DNA from: an uncultured Gammaproteobacteria bacterium | GTDB taxonomy: Bacteria > Patescibacteriota > Patescibacteriia > Magasanikbacterales > UBA922 | Length of the DNA: 64,000 nt | Assembly (NCBI GenBank): GCA_964435035.1 | Contig: CAYSXR010000002.1 | Span: forward strand, 12,252 to 76,251 | Direction of reading: 5' to 3' | In this document: in pieces, positions 18,910-29,110 of the stretch | Layout of the letters: each line of letters begins with the position of its first letter | Numbering within the stretch: the stretch's first letter is position 1 | Notes under the pieces: generated by a model | Databases searched by the model: none | Told to the model about the DNA's origin: nothing | Seen by the model: only the letters and a program-made list of their open reading frames with translations | Made by a program: the position numbers and the translations under genes

Positions 18910-19866
18910 ATGAATGTATCGGTTGCGAATTTAACGTGTGTTGAGTGTGGGAAACCAATGAATTTGTCTACCACTTCTGAAGCAGAGAAGTATATTTGTG
19001 CTTCCTGTGGACATGATTATCCTGTCCAGGATGGTATTGTGGTTGCTTGGCCGAAAAGCATGGGTGAGTTGGCGCTTGAAGAAGCTCATTATCACGATGA
19101 ATTTGATGAAGACGCTGGGGATGTACACCAACTAACCGCGCATCGAAATAAATTCTATCATGATTTTATTCATGAATATATTAGAAAACACCCTGCTGGA
19201 CGAGCGCTTGAAGTAGGTGCTGGAAGTTCGGGTACTGAAGCTAAGCAGGTTATTCAGCATCATGCGGTGGTGGAAACTGATATCTCGCCTGATACCCTCA
19301 AACGTCTTCGTAATAACTTACCGAAACATCCTGAGGCGTTTGTTGCGGCTGATGGCGAACATATCCCATTTGAGAAAGCCAGTTTTGATATTGTGTATAT
19401 GGTCGCTACGTTTCATCATTTTGAACATCCGGAAATTGCATTAGCTGAATTTGCACGAGTATTGAAACCTGGTGGACTCTTGGTTATGGGAGTAGAACCA
19501 AATACGACGTATTTCAAACCGATAAAACATGTGCGCAAGCATTTATGTCGTGCGACACATATGAATCCTGCTGAAGGATCAAAGGCTGATGCGCTGATGG
19601 AAGGTTTTACGTATGCGAAACTTAAGCAATTGCTTGGTACTCCACAGTGGAGTGCATATACCATTCGGCCAATGTGGCTTTTTGCCGGATTCACCCATTA
19701 TACCCTTGAATTTTTGTACCGAGCATTCAAAATGAAAAAGAGAATCTCACTTCCTAAGGGTCTTGAAAAAAGTATTGTGCGGTTGGATGAATTTCTATTT
19801 TCGATTCCAGGATTTAAGCATGTAGGATGGCATTGGATTATTACGGCTCATAGGTCAGAAAAGTAA
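18910..19866 (+). CDS. Class I SAM methyltransferase with N-terminal Trm112-like Zn ribbon
   Basis: CVECG..CASCGHDYPVQDGI; ALEVGAGS, ADGEHIPF, RVLKPGG. Confidence 0.85.
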   Translation: MNVSVANLTCVECGKPMNLSTTSEAEKYICASCGHDYPVQDGIVVAWPKSMGELALEEAHYHDEFDEDAGDVHQLTAHRNKFYHDFIHEYIRKHPAGRALEVGAGSSGTEAKQVIQHHAVVETDISPDTLKRLRNNLPKHPEAFVAADGEHIPFEKASFDIVYMVATFHHFEHPEIALAEFARVLKPGGLLVMGVEPNTTYFKPIKHVRKHLCRATHMNPAEGSKADALMEGFTYAKLKQLLGTPQWSAYTIRPMWLFAGFTHYTLEFLYRAFKMKKRISLPKGLEKSIVRLDEFLFSIPGFKHVGWHWIITAHRSEK

Positions 19867-19868
19867 GT

Positions 19869-21053
19869 ATGAAGATTTGTATTATTAATAATATTTATCC
19901 GCCGTATCACCGAGGTGGTGCTGAACAGGTGGTGGTACAAACGGTGAAGAGCCTGCGAGAGCGGGGACACTCGGTTATTGTGATTACCTCAACTCCACAC
20001 CAGGATGAAACAGTAGAAGAGAACGGAGTGCGGATTTATCGCATCAATCCGAAAAATTCTTATTTCTATACCGATGCACATACACATGGAGTATTTTCAC
20101 GTATACGATGGCATATTGAAAATATTTGGAATTCATATGTTGCTCTCCGGGTTGACGCAATTATTATGCAAGAAAAACCTGATGTGGTGCATACACATAA
20201 TTTGATTGGACTATCTTTTCTTATTCCCAAGCGAATTCGTGCTCGGAATATTCGTCATGTGCATACGATTCATGATGTACAACTCGTCGAGCCAAGTGCA
20301 ATGATTTTGAAAACTAGGGAAAAAAGTTTTCGGTATCACGGTCCACATACTGCGTTATATAGTTTTATTACCAAACAATTACTTGGTTCGCCTGATGTGA
20401 TTATTTCACCATCCAAATTTTTATTGGATTTTTATTTAGCGAGAGGTTTTTTCCCCGATTCACGGAGGATTGTTATTAGAAATCCATTAACGTTTTCTCA
20501 TGCTATTGCGGATGAAAAACAGATAACCCCGATACTCACGATGGTATATGCTGGTCAAATCGAATATCATAAGGGGGTAACGGTACTTATTGATGCGTTG
20601 CAAAAAGTTCGCCCTGATTTTCAGAATAACGTAGTGTTACATATCGCAGGGAACGGGTCGCAGCTCGGTGAAATAAAAAAACAAGCTGAGCACAACTCAA
20701 ATATTATTATCCATGGTAGAGTCGAGCGGGAAGTGCTTGGAGAATTATATCGACAGGCGGATATTACGATCGTGCCGTCACTATGCTATGAGAATTCTCC
20801 GACGGTCATATTCGAAAGTTTTTCATTTCATGTGCCGGTTCTTGCAAGTAGGATTGAGGGAATTGCAGAGCTTATTGAAGAGGGGAGAAATGGAATTATG
20901 TTTGAAGCAGGAAATGTGAGTGAACTTGCACAAAAAATTGAGTGGTGTGTAGCGCATCGAGAAGATTTGCAGAATATGAGAGAACTCATTGCAATACCCA
21001 AATCCAATAACGAAGAATATACGACAGCGCTTGAGGCGAGTTATCATTTTTGA
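19869..21053 (+). CDS. Glycosyltransferase family 4
   Basis: MKICII...GGAE, PDVVHTHN, ENSPTVIFES (EX7E). Confidence 0.92.
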   Translation: MKICIINNIYPPYHRGGAEQVVVQTVKSLRERGHSVIVITSTPHQDETVEENGVRIYRINPKNSYFYTDAHTHGVFSRIRWHIENIWNSYVALRVDAIIMQEKPDVVHTHNLIGLSFLIPKRIRARNIRHVHTIHDVQLVEPSAMILKTREKSFRYHGPHTALYSFITKQLLGSPDVIISPSKFLLDFYLARGFFPDSRRIVIRNPLTFSHAIADEKQITPILTMVYAGQIEYHKGVTVLIDALQKVRPDFQNNVVLHIAGNGSQLGEIKKQAEHNSNIIIHGRVEREVLGELYRQADITIVPSLCYENSPTVIFESFSFHVPVLASRIEGIAELIEEGRNGIMFEAGNVSELAQKIEWCVAHREDLQNMRELIAIPKSNNEEYTTALEASYHF

Positions 21054-23152
21054 TATTCAAAAATCCACATTTTATCTTCAATTACATGCCAGGAATTGGC
21101 TGTTTTTTTTGCTCCATCGATGATAGCTTCTTTATTTTTCCAATACCAGGGAACTACAAAATAGACTTTGTCTGCCTGTGTGAGCTCGAATACGGTATCA
21201 ACTGTTTCTCTTTTTTGTCCTTCATACAACATACTCTCATACGCCAATTGCAATGGTCCACCTGAGGGGATAGCGTAGTAAAACTGTGGTCCTACTGAGG
21301 TGTCAAAATAATGAGCAAATGGATGTTCAGTCAGGGCAGTTACCGCAGTTAGGATGGATGAAAGTACTACATAATTAGTATCCAGATTTTCCGAATCAAT
21401 CCATTCAACTACTTGTTGATCATATACGGTCACATTAAATCCGGGGAAATATACTTTGTTGTTGTATTGTGGATATGAGAAATAGAGGGAGAGCATGAGT
21501 AGTATTCCAATTTTTATAGAACCGATGATGTAGAGTGTCCTTTGTGTTATGTTAAGTTTAGATGTTACTAATTGGGTTTTTTCTTTGGTAATTTTGTATA
21601 TCCCATACATTGCGAGCGGGATCAATACGACGATTGAGGCAATTAATAATCGAAGTGGATAATTTGCTTGCTCATGAAATGAAACATTCGGGAAGGTAAT
21701 GAGTGTGCGGAGTAAGAAAGCGCCGAGTACTAGTCCAATACTTCCTGATACTAATATTGGTGCGAGTTTTGTTTTTTTGAGGAACCAATATCCGAAACCA
21801 GAAAAAATAAGTATTACTGGAGTAATTGCGTATTGCCAAGCGTAGAGTAATTCAAAATACCATGTAGCATCTGCTCTGTACCAGAATGGGCGTCTGAAGA
21901 AATCGAGGAACAATTGTATGTGTGAAAATGGATTGGTAAGTTTTGGAATACTATATCCAGCGAGCCATTGCTGGGTTGCAAACATAAGTAGTGGAAGTAG
22001 TGCGATACTCATTATTATTCCTGTATACGCGAGTATGTGTATTTTTTTATTTTTTGATCGAACCGTAATGTTACTCGCTATAATTAGTATGAGGATAGGA
22101 ACACCAAGCAGAGGATGTGTAGCGAGTGTACACAATGCGAGACATAATACTATGGTGTAGGGAATAATTGAATATACATACCCGACCAAGGCGATGATTG
22201 TGAGAACTACCAGTAATAGAGCTAGATTGTGAGGAGTGGTGAGGTTAAATGATAGAAAAAATAAGAAAGGGATCGTAAGAGAAAGTGTGAGGGCTGTTTC
22301 TTTTGCTATACCCCATGCCCTGGGCAAGATACTGTATAGAAGCGTTGGAATTGAAAGTGACGCTAGTATTGGCACTAGAAAAATATCTATATATTTGACA
22401 GCGACTCCTGTAATTCGTGAGAGTGTCACCACGAGACTATATTGTCCTAGGTAGAAGGGTTCTTTTGGGTTGATAAAACCATTTTCGAGAATCCATGATT
22501 CTGTTGCGCGGTGAATAAACCCATCAAATCCAAATCCTAGTTTGTATACGATTGCAGCAATGCTGTAGAAAATGAAAAAATGTACTACGGTTGCCGTTAG
22601 CATGAGTTTGGGAGGAGTTTTTTTTGCTAATAGGTAGATGAAGAGAGAGGTCGATATGGTGAATAGTATAAAGAACCATGGGGAGAATGCCATCCAGGGT
22701 GATTGCATGAGCTCTCCGTTTCGAGCGAGTATGATTATCGTAATTTGAATGCATTCAACTATTGCAAAAAGATAGAATAAAAAGTGTATCTTATACGTGT
22801 GTGTGGCTTCTTTTTTTTCAGATGGTGTTTTTTTCTTTTTGAATAATAGGAGAAGTGGTAAAAATATCGCAAGAAGCGAAATCTCTCGAGTAAGTTTATA
22901 AGGATAATATGCGATTACCCCGATAAGGGAAATTAGGGAGAGTGTAAGTGCAATACCAGACCAGTGTTGTATTTCTTTTTCTCCATTAATTCGCTCACCA
23001 ATTGTTTTTCCTAGCGTAACTATATAGGTAAAAAATGCGATGGTTGAAATGATTGGCTGGTGATATAGATATGTTTCTCCAATCAGTAAAAAACCAGTAA
23101 TTAGAAGTAGGTATAGTCGAGTATTGAATTTTTGGCTTATTTTAGCTATCAT
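21044..23152 (-). CDS. Large polytopic membrane protein (possible GT-C fold)
   Basis: Many TM segments, GFDGFIH loop motif, located in the glycosylation locus. Confidence 0.7.
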   Translation of the reverse strand: MIAKISQKFNTRLYLLLITGFLLIGETYLYHQPIISTIAFFTYIVTLGKTIGERINGEKEIQHWSGIALTLSLISLIGVIAYYPYKLTREISLLAIFLPLLLLFKKKKTPSEKKEATHTYKIHFLFYLFAIVECIQITIIILARNGELMQSPWMAFSPWFFILFTISTSLFIYLLAKKTPPKLMLTATVVHFFIFYSIAAIVYKLGFGFDGFIHRATESWILENGFINPKEPFYLGQYSLVVTLSRITGVAVKYIDIFLVPILASLSIPTLLYSILPRAWGIAKETALTLSLTIPFLFFLSFNLTTPHNLALLLVVLTIIALVGYVYSIIPYTIVLCLALCTLATHPLLGVPILILIIASNITVRSKNKKIHILAYTGIIMSIALLPLLMFATQQWLAGYSIPKLTNPFSHIQLFLDFFRRPFWYRADATWYFELLYAWQYAITPVILIFSGFGYWFLKKTKLAPILVSGSIGLVLGAFLLRTLITFPNVSFHEQANYPLRLLIASIVVLIPLAMYGIYKITKEKTQLVTSKLNITQRTLYIIGSIKIGILLMLSLYFSYPQYNNKVYFPGFNVTVYDQQVVEWIDSENLDTNYVVLSSILTAVTALTEHPFAHYFDTSVGPQFYYAIPSGGPLQLAYESMLYEGQKRETVDTVFELTQADKVYFVVPWYWKNKEAIIDGAKKTANSWHVIEDKMWIFEYQK

Positions 23153-23176
23153 ATAAATAATAGTGTATCTAATCTT

Positions 23177-23800
23177 ATGGGATTTATCAAACGGTTTAAA
23201 GAGCGGAACGGTGATTTATTTGTGTATTTGAAAGCAGAAGAGGTTCATCCGCATGATCATTTTTTGGCAAAAACCATACTCAAATGGTTTCCCACAAGTA
23301 TTACTCCAAATCGGATAAGTATTTTTAGAATTTTAGCGACTCCTGTTGTTTTTTATTTGGTATTGAATGGGTTTTATCGGATTGGGATTATTGCCTTTCT
23401 TTTGGTGGCATTTACTGACGCTCTTGATGGCTCTCTTGCTCGTACAAAGAATAAAGTAACTAAGTTTGGTATGCTTATTGATCCTTTGGCTGATAAATTT
23501 CTTGTTGGCTCTATTGTACTTCTCCTGGTTTTCAGATATTTGAGTCCATGGCTTGGGATTGCTGTTCTTGGTATTGAGATGCTATTCATTACGACTGCAT
23601 TGGTTGCTCGAATCAAGTTCAAGACAGTACATATGGCAAATCGATGGGGGAAGATTAAAATGTTTCTCCAGGTGCTTGCAATGTGTGCGATTATGTTTGG
23701 GTTGGTGCTCGACGTGCCAATATTTTTCTCATTCGCAACTGGAATTTTGGGGCTCGCAATTGGTTTTGCTATTGTGAGTTTGTTTAAACACGGACTTTAG
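23177..23800 (+). CDS. CDP-alcohol phosphatidyltransferase (PgsA-like)
   Basis: TPN.IS..R, TDALDGSLAR...T.FG.LIDPLADK. Confidence 0.92.
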   Translation: MGFIKRFKERNGDLFVYLKAEEVHPHDHFLAKTILKWFPTSITPNRISIFRILATPVVFYLVLNGFYRIGIIAFLLVAFTDALDGSLARTKNKVTKFGMLIDPLADKFLVGSIVLLLVFRYLSPWLGIAVLGIEMLFITTALVARIKFKTVHMANRWGKIKMFLQVLAMCAIMFGLVLDVPIFFSFATGILGLAIGFAIVSLFKHGL

Positions 23801-23824
23801 ATTTTGGACTGATATTTTTTTGGT

Positions 23825-25516
23825 ATGGAGATTCCTGCACTTCACAACGAACCACATTCAGCCTCACCTAAAAAGAGATTGGTTTATATACTATTTTCTA
23901 TCTCGGTGATTTTTTTCTGTTCATATTTTTATCTTCACGGGGGTGAGGCGCTGCAAGATCTAAGAAGTGGTATAAGCCATAACATTATTTCAAATCAGCC
24001 GGATGAAATGGCTAATTATTTTTTTATCAAAGAGTTAGTGATTGGTCATTCATTTGGTTGGTATGAACCTCTGAATGAAATTGTATCTAGCCAAGTACAT
24101 GCACGTAGTATGACGGTGATTAATGGTCGACTGGAACCAATTGGATTTCCATTTTTTATTGTATTGGTTTCTGTATTTGCGTTTGTACCGACTATGATTT
24201 TTGGTCCAGGTTTTTTTAATATACTCGCCATTAGTTTAGTACCATTGTTTGCTATTGCATCGAATTTTTTATTATATGACACGGTGAGAAGGTTGTGGAA
24301 TGAACGAATGGCTTTTATTAGTTCGATTTTATTATTTTTGTCACCCGCATGGTGGTATTGGGCGAGCAGACCATTTCAACATACGATTCCGTTTATATTT
24401 TTTGTACTCCTTGGTATATATGGATTATTACGAATACAAGATGCCAGGGTTACGCGTGAAAAATTATGTTATACCGTGGTTAGTGCTTTGGGAATTTCAT
24501 GTGCACTGGCAATTCGTCCTACTGAACTTATTTGGATTGTAGGACTGTATGGATATATCGTGTATTTGATTCGAGCACAGATTTCAAAACAGCAGATCAT
24601 TGTATGGAGTGGGACGATTGCGTTTGTTGTTTTATTATTTTTTGTAGTACAAGATGCTTTTTATGGAAGTCCATTGGCGAGCGGATATGTAAAACCCTCT
24701 GTTGAAGGTAGTGCAGGTAGTGTGTTTGCAGGCGGTCAAGGAGTTTCTTTTTTCCGTGCTTTTTTCTTTCCTTTCGGTTTTGATATTATTACTGCGGTGA
24801 AGACCATATATCAATATTTTTTTCTACTATTTAATTCCTGGGTTTTGTGGGCATTTGTATCGTTTTTGTTTATTTTGGCACGCGGTGAAAAAGCAATTAG
24901 GAAGTATTGCGTTGTATATTGCATACTCAGTCTGTACCTCGTCTTGTGGTATGGGTCATGGAGTTTTAGTGATAACCTACTCGGTCTTCCCTCGGTAGGT
25001 AGTTCACAGGCGCGATATTTTATGCCGATGTATATTGGCATGGTACCTTTGATTGCGTATTTTTGTGATCGAATACTAACAACGTTTTCACGTATCAAAC
25101 AAACTCTTGCGATTAGTGTGTTACTTCTCGTTTTTTCACTAGCTTCATATAGTGCTGTTTTCAAATCTTTCCCTGAAGGGCTTGTGACAATTAAAAATAC
25201 GTTACGTGAAAATGCACAGAGACAAGTCGAAATTTACACGCATGTTCCTGAATATGGATTGGTGGTGACTCGATATGGAGATAAATATATATTTCCAGGT
25301 AGAAAAGTAATGATACGAACAGAAGAAACTGTCTGGGCATATTCAGTAAAACAACTTTTAGAAATTGGTATGCCTGTATGGTGGTATGATTTGGAATTGA
25401 CATCCGAAGAGCAAGAAGAATTGGATGAATTATTGCGTACACATGGATTGGTTCTTGGTGAGGTGGTTGTGGGTACTGATAACCTTCAACTTAGAGAGAT
25501 AGGGTTGAAAAAATAG
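23825..25516 (+). CDS. GT-C type membrane glycosyltransferase (PMT/ArnT-like)
   Basis: PDE in first loop, multiple TMs, IRP, RYFMP motifs. Confidence 0.7.
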   Translation: MEIPALHNEPHSASPKKRLVYILFSISVIFFCSYFYLHGGEALQDLRSGISHNIISNQPDEMANYFFIKELVIGHSFGWYEPLNEIVSSQVHARSMTVINGRLEPIGFPFFIVLVSVFAFVPTMIFGPGFFNILAISLVPLFAIASNFLLYDTVRRLWNERMAFISSILLFLSPAWWYWASRPFQHTIPFIFFVLLGIYGLLRIQDARVTREKLCYTVVSALGISCALAIRPTELIWIVGLYGYIVYLIRAQISKQQIIVWSGTIAFVVLLFFVVQDAFYGSPLASGYVKPSVEGSAGSVFAGGQGVSFFRAFFFPFGFDIITAVKTIYQYFFLLFNSWVLWAFVSFLFILARGEKAIRKYCVVYCILSLYLVLWYGSWSFSDNLLGLPSVGSSQARYFMPMYIGMVPLIAYFCDRILTTFSRIKQTLAISVLLLVFSLASYSAVFKSFPEGLVTIKNTLRENAQRQVEIYTHVPEYGLVVTRYGDKYIFPGRKVMIRTEETVWAYSVKQLLEIGMPVWWYDLELTSEEQEELDELLRTHGLVLGEVVVGTDNLQLREIGLKK

Positions 25517-25597
25517 TACACATGAGATAGGATGAGCTAAGTTGACTAAGTTATCTGGTTTACTGGTTATCTAGTTGTACAGTTTGTAATTTTATTT

Positions 25598-25657
25598 TCC
25601 GCCCAAGGCGGATCCGCCTTGGGCGGAGAACTTTGTCCTGACTTAGTCGGGACGAAG
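25598..25657. repeat. Perfect 30-bp palindrome plus adjacent REP-like hairpin
   Basis: tccgcccaaggcggatccgccttgggcgga (25598-25627); ctttgtcctgac-tta-gtcgggacgaag (25631-25657). Confidence 0.85.
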
Positions 25658-25688
25658 GTGGAACTTTTAATTTTGAACTTTTTTTATT

Positions 25689-26093
25689 ATGGATTGCATT
25701 TTTTGTAGCATAATCAAAAGAGATGTGCCTAATTATACGGTGTACGAAGATGACCATGTTTTGGCATTTCTTGATATTCATCCTACTGTCGAAGGTCATT
25801 CGGTAGTTATACCAAAAACACATGGTGCAACAATCCTTGAATTTAGTGAGGAAGCTCTAGGACAATTAATGAAGGGTGCTCAAAAAGCAAGTGAGAGATT
25901 GAACGATGTATTGCATCCAGATGGATTTTCAATTGGGTGGAATCACGGAGAAGCAGCAAAACAAGGGGTGCCTCATCTCCATGTGCATATTATTCCCCGA
26001 TATCACGGTGATGGTGGGGGAAGTATGCATTCGATTGTTCAGCAAGATGGTATGCGCACGGTGGAGGATGTTTCAAAACTTTTTCATATATAG
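25689..26093 (+). CDS. HIT family hydrolase
   Basis: DCIFC, AFLDIHP..GH.VVIPK, VPHLHVHIIPR. Confidence 0.95.
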   Translation: MDCIFCSIIKRDVPNYTVYEDDHVLAFLDIHPTVEGHSVVIPKTHGATILEFSEEALGQLMKGAQKASERLNDVLHPDGFSIGWNHGEAAKQGVPHLHVHIIPRYHGDGGGSMHSIVQQDGMRTVEDVSKLFHI

Positions 26094-26098
26094 TATTT

Positions 26099-26638
26099 AT
26101 GCCGTCACCCTTAAAAAAAGTTTCAGAAGAAATATTGCATGAAAATCCATGGTGGAGATATAAGCATGATATTTTTTCTTTCCCTGATGGTAAAGAGGGG
26201 AGTTATTACTATGGAGAAACGTATGGAATGTCCATTATTGTTCCTATTTTACCCGATGGTCGATTGATTTTGGTAAAACAATACCGGTATTTAAATGACA
26301 AATATAGTATTGAATTTCCTGGCGGAGGGATAAAAAAAGGAGAAGCACCGTCAGTTGTTGCTAAGCGAGAACTCATGGAAGAAACTGGTTTTACTGCTGA
26401 GGAATTTATTAATATTTCAAATTTTGAGCCGCATAATGGGTTATTTCTTGATTCGACGCATGTCTTTATTGCCAAACAAATTTCTCAGATCGATACTCAC
26501 AAGCCAAAGGGTGATGAAACCGAATTTATTGAAATATTGTTGCGTCGACCAGATGAAGTTGAACAGCTGATTCGGAATAATGAAATCTGGGATGGACAGA
26601 CTCTTGCGACATGGGCAGTGGCACGGTATTATGTATAA
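26099..26638 (+). CDS. NUDIX hydrolase (ADP-ribose pyrophosphatase-like)
   Basis: LVKQYRY, EFPGG...GE....AKRELMEETG. Confidence 0.92.
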   Translation: MPSPLKKVSEEILHENPWWRYKHDIFSFPDGKEGSYYYGETYGMSIIVPILPDGRLILVKQYRYLNDKYSIEFPGGGIKKGEAPSVVAKRELMEETGFTAEEFINISNFEPHNGLFLDSTHVFIAKQISQIDTHKPKGDETEFIEILLRRPDEVEQLIRNNEIWDGQTLATWAVARYYV

Positions 26639-26732
26639 ACATTGATTTAGATGGATTAATACGGATTTAGACTGAAAATACAAATTCGTTTAATCTGCGT
26701 AATCAATGTCTTAATCTGTTTAAATCAATGTT
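26638..26732. repeat. AACATTGATT...AATCAATGTT periodic inverted element (copy 2)
   Basis: Fills the whole gap from the NUDIX stop to the rmlB ATG. Confidence 0.8.
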
Positions 26733-27794
26733 ATGAAATTATTAGTAACTGGTGGAGCGGGATTTATTGGATCCAATTTTATTCGGTATATGCTCGGGGC
26801 GCATCCTGAGTATACAATCGTAAATTATGACAAGCTTACGTATGCTGGAAATTTGGAAAATCTTCTCGATGTGCAAGATAATCCGAATTACACTTTTGTG
26901 CAGGGGGATATTATTGATCTTGGTCATATTAATACGGTGATGAAAGAACATGGTATTACGCACTTGATTAATTTTGCAGCTGAAACCCATGTAGACCGTT
27001 CAATCCATGGGGGAAGTAAAGATTTTGTGCTTACGAATACCCTTGGAACGCAGATGCTCCTTGATGCTGTTCGATTTAATACACTTGAAAAATTCGTTAA
27101 TGTTTCAACTGATGAAGTATATGGTTCACTTGATCTTGATTCTCCTGATCTATTTACTGAGTCTACTCCCGTCATGCCTAATATGCCTTATGCAGCCGCA
27201 AAAGCTGGAGGCGATCTTATGTGTAATGCGTACTACGTAACGCATAAGGTGCCGGTAGTAGTAACGCATTGCTCTAATAATTATGGGCCCTATCAATTTC
27301 CGGAAAAGCTCATTCCTTTTTTTGTGTTTAAACTTTTGAAAGGTGAAAAAGTACCGGTATATGGAGATGGGCTCAATGTGCGTGATTGGATTCATGTTCG
27401 CGATCATGCCTCAGCACTCGATATATTGCTCCACAAAGGCGAAGCGGGCGGTGTCTATAATATTGGGGTTGATAATGAGCGAAATAATCTCGAAATTACC
27501 AAAATGATTTTGGAGATTATGGGAAATGGTTTAGAAAAAATTGAATATGTGACCGACCGACCAGGGCATGATCGTCGCTATGCAATAGACGCATCAAAAA
27601 TTAAAGCTTTGGGTTGGAAACCAGAATATACCAGAGAAAAGTTTTATCAAGGGCTACAAGAAACCGTTGAATGGTACAAGACCAATACGAAGTGGGTTGA
27701 AAATTTGTGGCAGAAGAAAAGCGATGAAATGAATACATTTCAAAAAGAACTTGACCGATCGACCACAGCTCAAAAAGCGGATATTGTTCAGTAG
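26733..27794 (+). CDS. rfbB: dTDP-glucose 4,6-dehydratase
   Basis: GGAGFIGSNF, DKLTYAGN, AAETHVDRSI, STDEVYG, YAAAK, NNYGPYQFPEKLIP, DRPGHDRRY. Confidence 0.97.
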   Translation: MKLLVTGGAGFIGSNFIRYMLGAHPEYTIVNYDKLTYAGNLENLLDVQDNPNYTFVQGDIIDLGHINTVMKEHGITHLINFAAETHVDRSIHGGSKDFVLTNTLGTQMLLDAVRFNTLEKFVNVSTDEVYGSLDLDSPDLFTESTPVMPNMPYAAAKAGGDLMCNAYYVTHKVPVVVTHCSNNYGPYQFPEKLIPFFVFKLLKGEKVPVYGDGLNVRDWIHVRDHASALDILLHKGEAGGVYNIGVDNERNNLEITKMILEIMGNGLEKIEYVTDRPGHDRRYAIDASKIKALGWKPEYTREKFYQGLQETVEWYKTNTKWVENLWQKKSDEMNTFQKELDRSTTAQKADIVQ

Positions 27795-27802
27795 TTCTGA
27801 TT

Positions 27803-28225
27803 ATGAAAAAAGAATTTAGAAAATTCAGTTTGAAAACGTTTACTGGAAAAGGATATACTTTGACTCCGGTTGAGTTTAAAGATATTTCTCCATTTGAGGT
27901 AAAGCGAATGTATTATATTACTCATTTTGAGCCGGTTGTTCAGACTGGTGAACATTGTCATAAAATTGAAGAAGAAGTATTTATCCAGGCTGAAGGTTCT
28001 TCAGTTGCCATTATTGATCGAGGGCAGGGAAAAGAAGAAATAGCACTTACCGAAGGTGAGGCACTGTATGTTCCAAATTATGTATGGCATGGATTTAAAG
28101 ATCCATCAGTTGATTGTACGATTATTGCGCTTTCCTCTACCAATTACACATCGGATCGAAGTGACTATGTGGAGAATTATGAAGAATATGTGACTTTTCG
28201 AGATGAGAAATTGAGTGAAAGTTAG
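27803..28225 (+). CDS. FdtA/QdtA-family cupin (sugar 3,4-ketoisomerase-like)
   Basis: PFEVKRMYYI, GEHCHK, LYVPNYVWH, ST.Y...DYV.NYEEY. Confidence 0.8.
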   Translation: MKKEFRKFSLKTFTGKGYTLTPVEFKDISPFEVKRMYYITHFEPVVQTGEHCHKIEEEVFIQAEGSSVAIIDRGQGKEEIALTEGEALYVPNYVWHGFKDPSVDCTIIALSSTNYTSDRSDYVENYEEYVTFRDEKLSES

Positions 28226-28228
28226 AGT

Positions 28229-29092
28229 ATGAGTGAGAAAAAGGTGATTATATTTGGAGCACAGGGAATGCTCGGACAAGAATTAGTCCGTGAATTTGGT
28301 GCTGTAGGGTATGAGATTCATGCACTTGATCGTGATGAATGTGATGTAACTAATGAGACTGCTGTTCGTGAGGTACTTGAAATGATTAAGCCAACTCTCG
28401 TTATTAATGCTGTTGCTCATAATGGTGTTGACGCAATTGAAGATCATGAAGATGAATATGTAAAAGCGCGCATGCTTAATGTAGAGGTCCCAGGAATGCT
28501 CGCACAATTATGTAAGAAAAATACTATTGTTTTTGTACATTATTCGACTGATTATGTGTTTTCTGGTTCCAATATAGATGGATATGATGAGTCGAGTATT
28601 CCCGATCCTGTAAGTAAGTATGGGGAATTGAAAGCACTTGGTGAGGGAGTAGTAATTGATGCTGGTGGATCGTATTATATAATTAGATTATCAAAATTAT
28701 TTGGAAAACCAGCTTTTTCGACTGGTGCCAAGAAAAGTTTTGTAGATACTATTCTTGCACTTGTTCGTGAAGGGGGAAAAAATGAGCTTGATATTGTTGA
28801 TGAAGAAGTAAGTGCTCCGACATACGCTCCGGATCTTGCTCAGTTTACTCGAAAATTGATTGAAGATGCTCCGCTCTCTGGAATTTATCATGGCGCTAAT
28901 AGTGGGGCATGTACCTGGTTTGGTTTTGCAAGTAGAATTTTTGAATATGCGGGATTGTCACCCAAACTTATTCCAGTTACTTCCAATACATTTCCACGAC
29001 CAGCCAAACGACCAGATAATTCGGTACTTCTGAATACTAAGCGGCCAATCCAGCGATCGTGGGAAGAAGCTTTGAAAGAATATCTTGGTTAA
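28229..29092 (+). CDS. rfbD: dTDP-4-dehydrorhamnose reductase family
   Basis: GAQGMLG, HYSTDYVFSG, YGELK, PTY..DLA, RPAKRP.NS.L. Confidence 0.92.
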   Translation: MSEKKVIIFGAQGMLGQELVREFGAVGYEIHALDRDECDVTNETAVREVLEMIKPTLVINAVAHNGVDAIEDHEDEYVKARMLNVEVPGMLAQLCKKNTIVFVHYSTDYVFSGSNIDGYDESSIPDPVSKYGELKALGEGVVIDAGGSYYIIRLSKLFGKPAFSTGAKKSFVDTILALVREGGKNELDIVDEEVSAPTYAPDLAQFTRKLIEDAPLSGIYHGANSGACTWFGFASRIFEYAGLSPKLIPVTSNTFPRPAKRPDNSVLLNTKRPIQRSWEEALKEYLG

Positions 29093-29110
29093 GCTTATTT
29101 TAATAACTAT

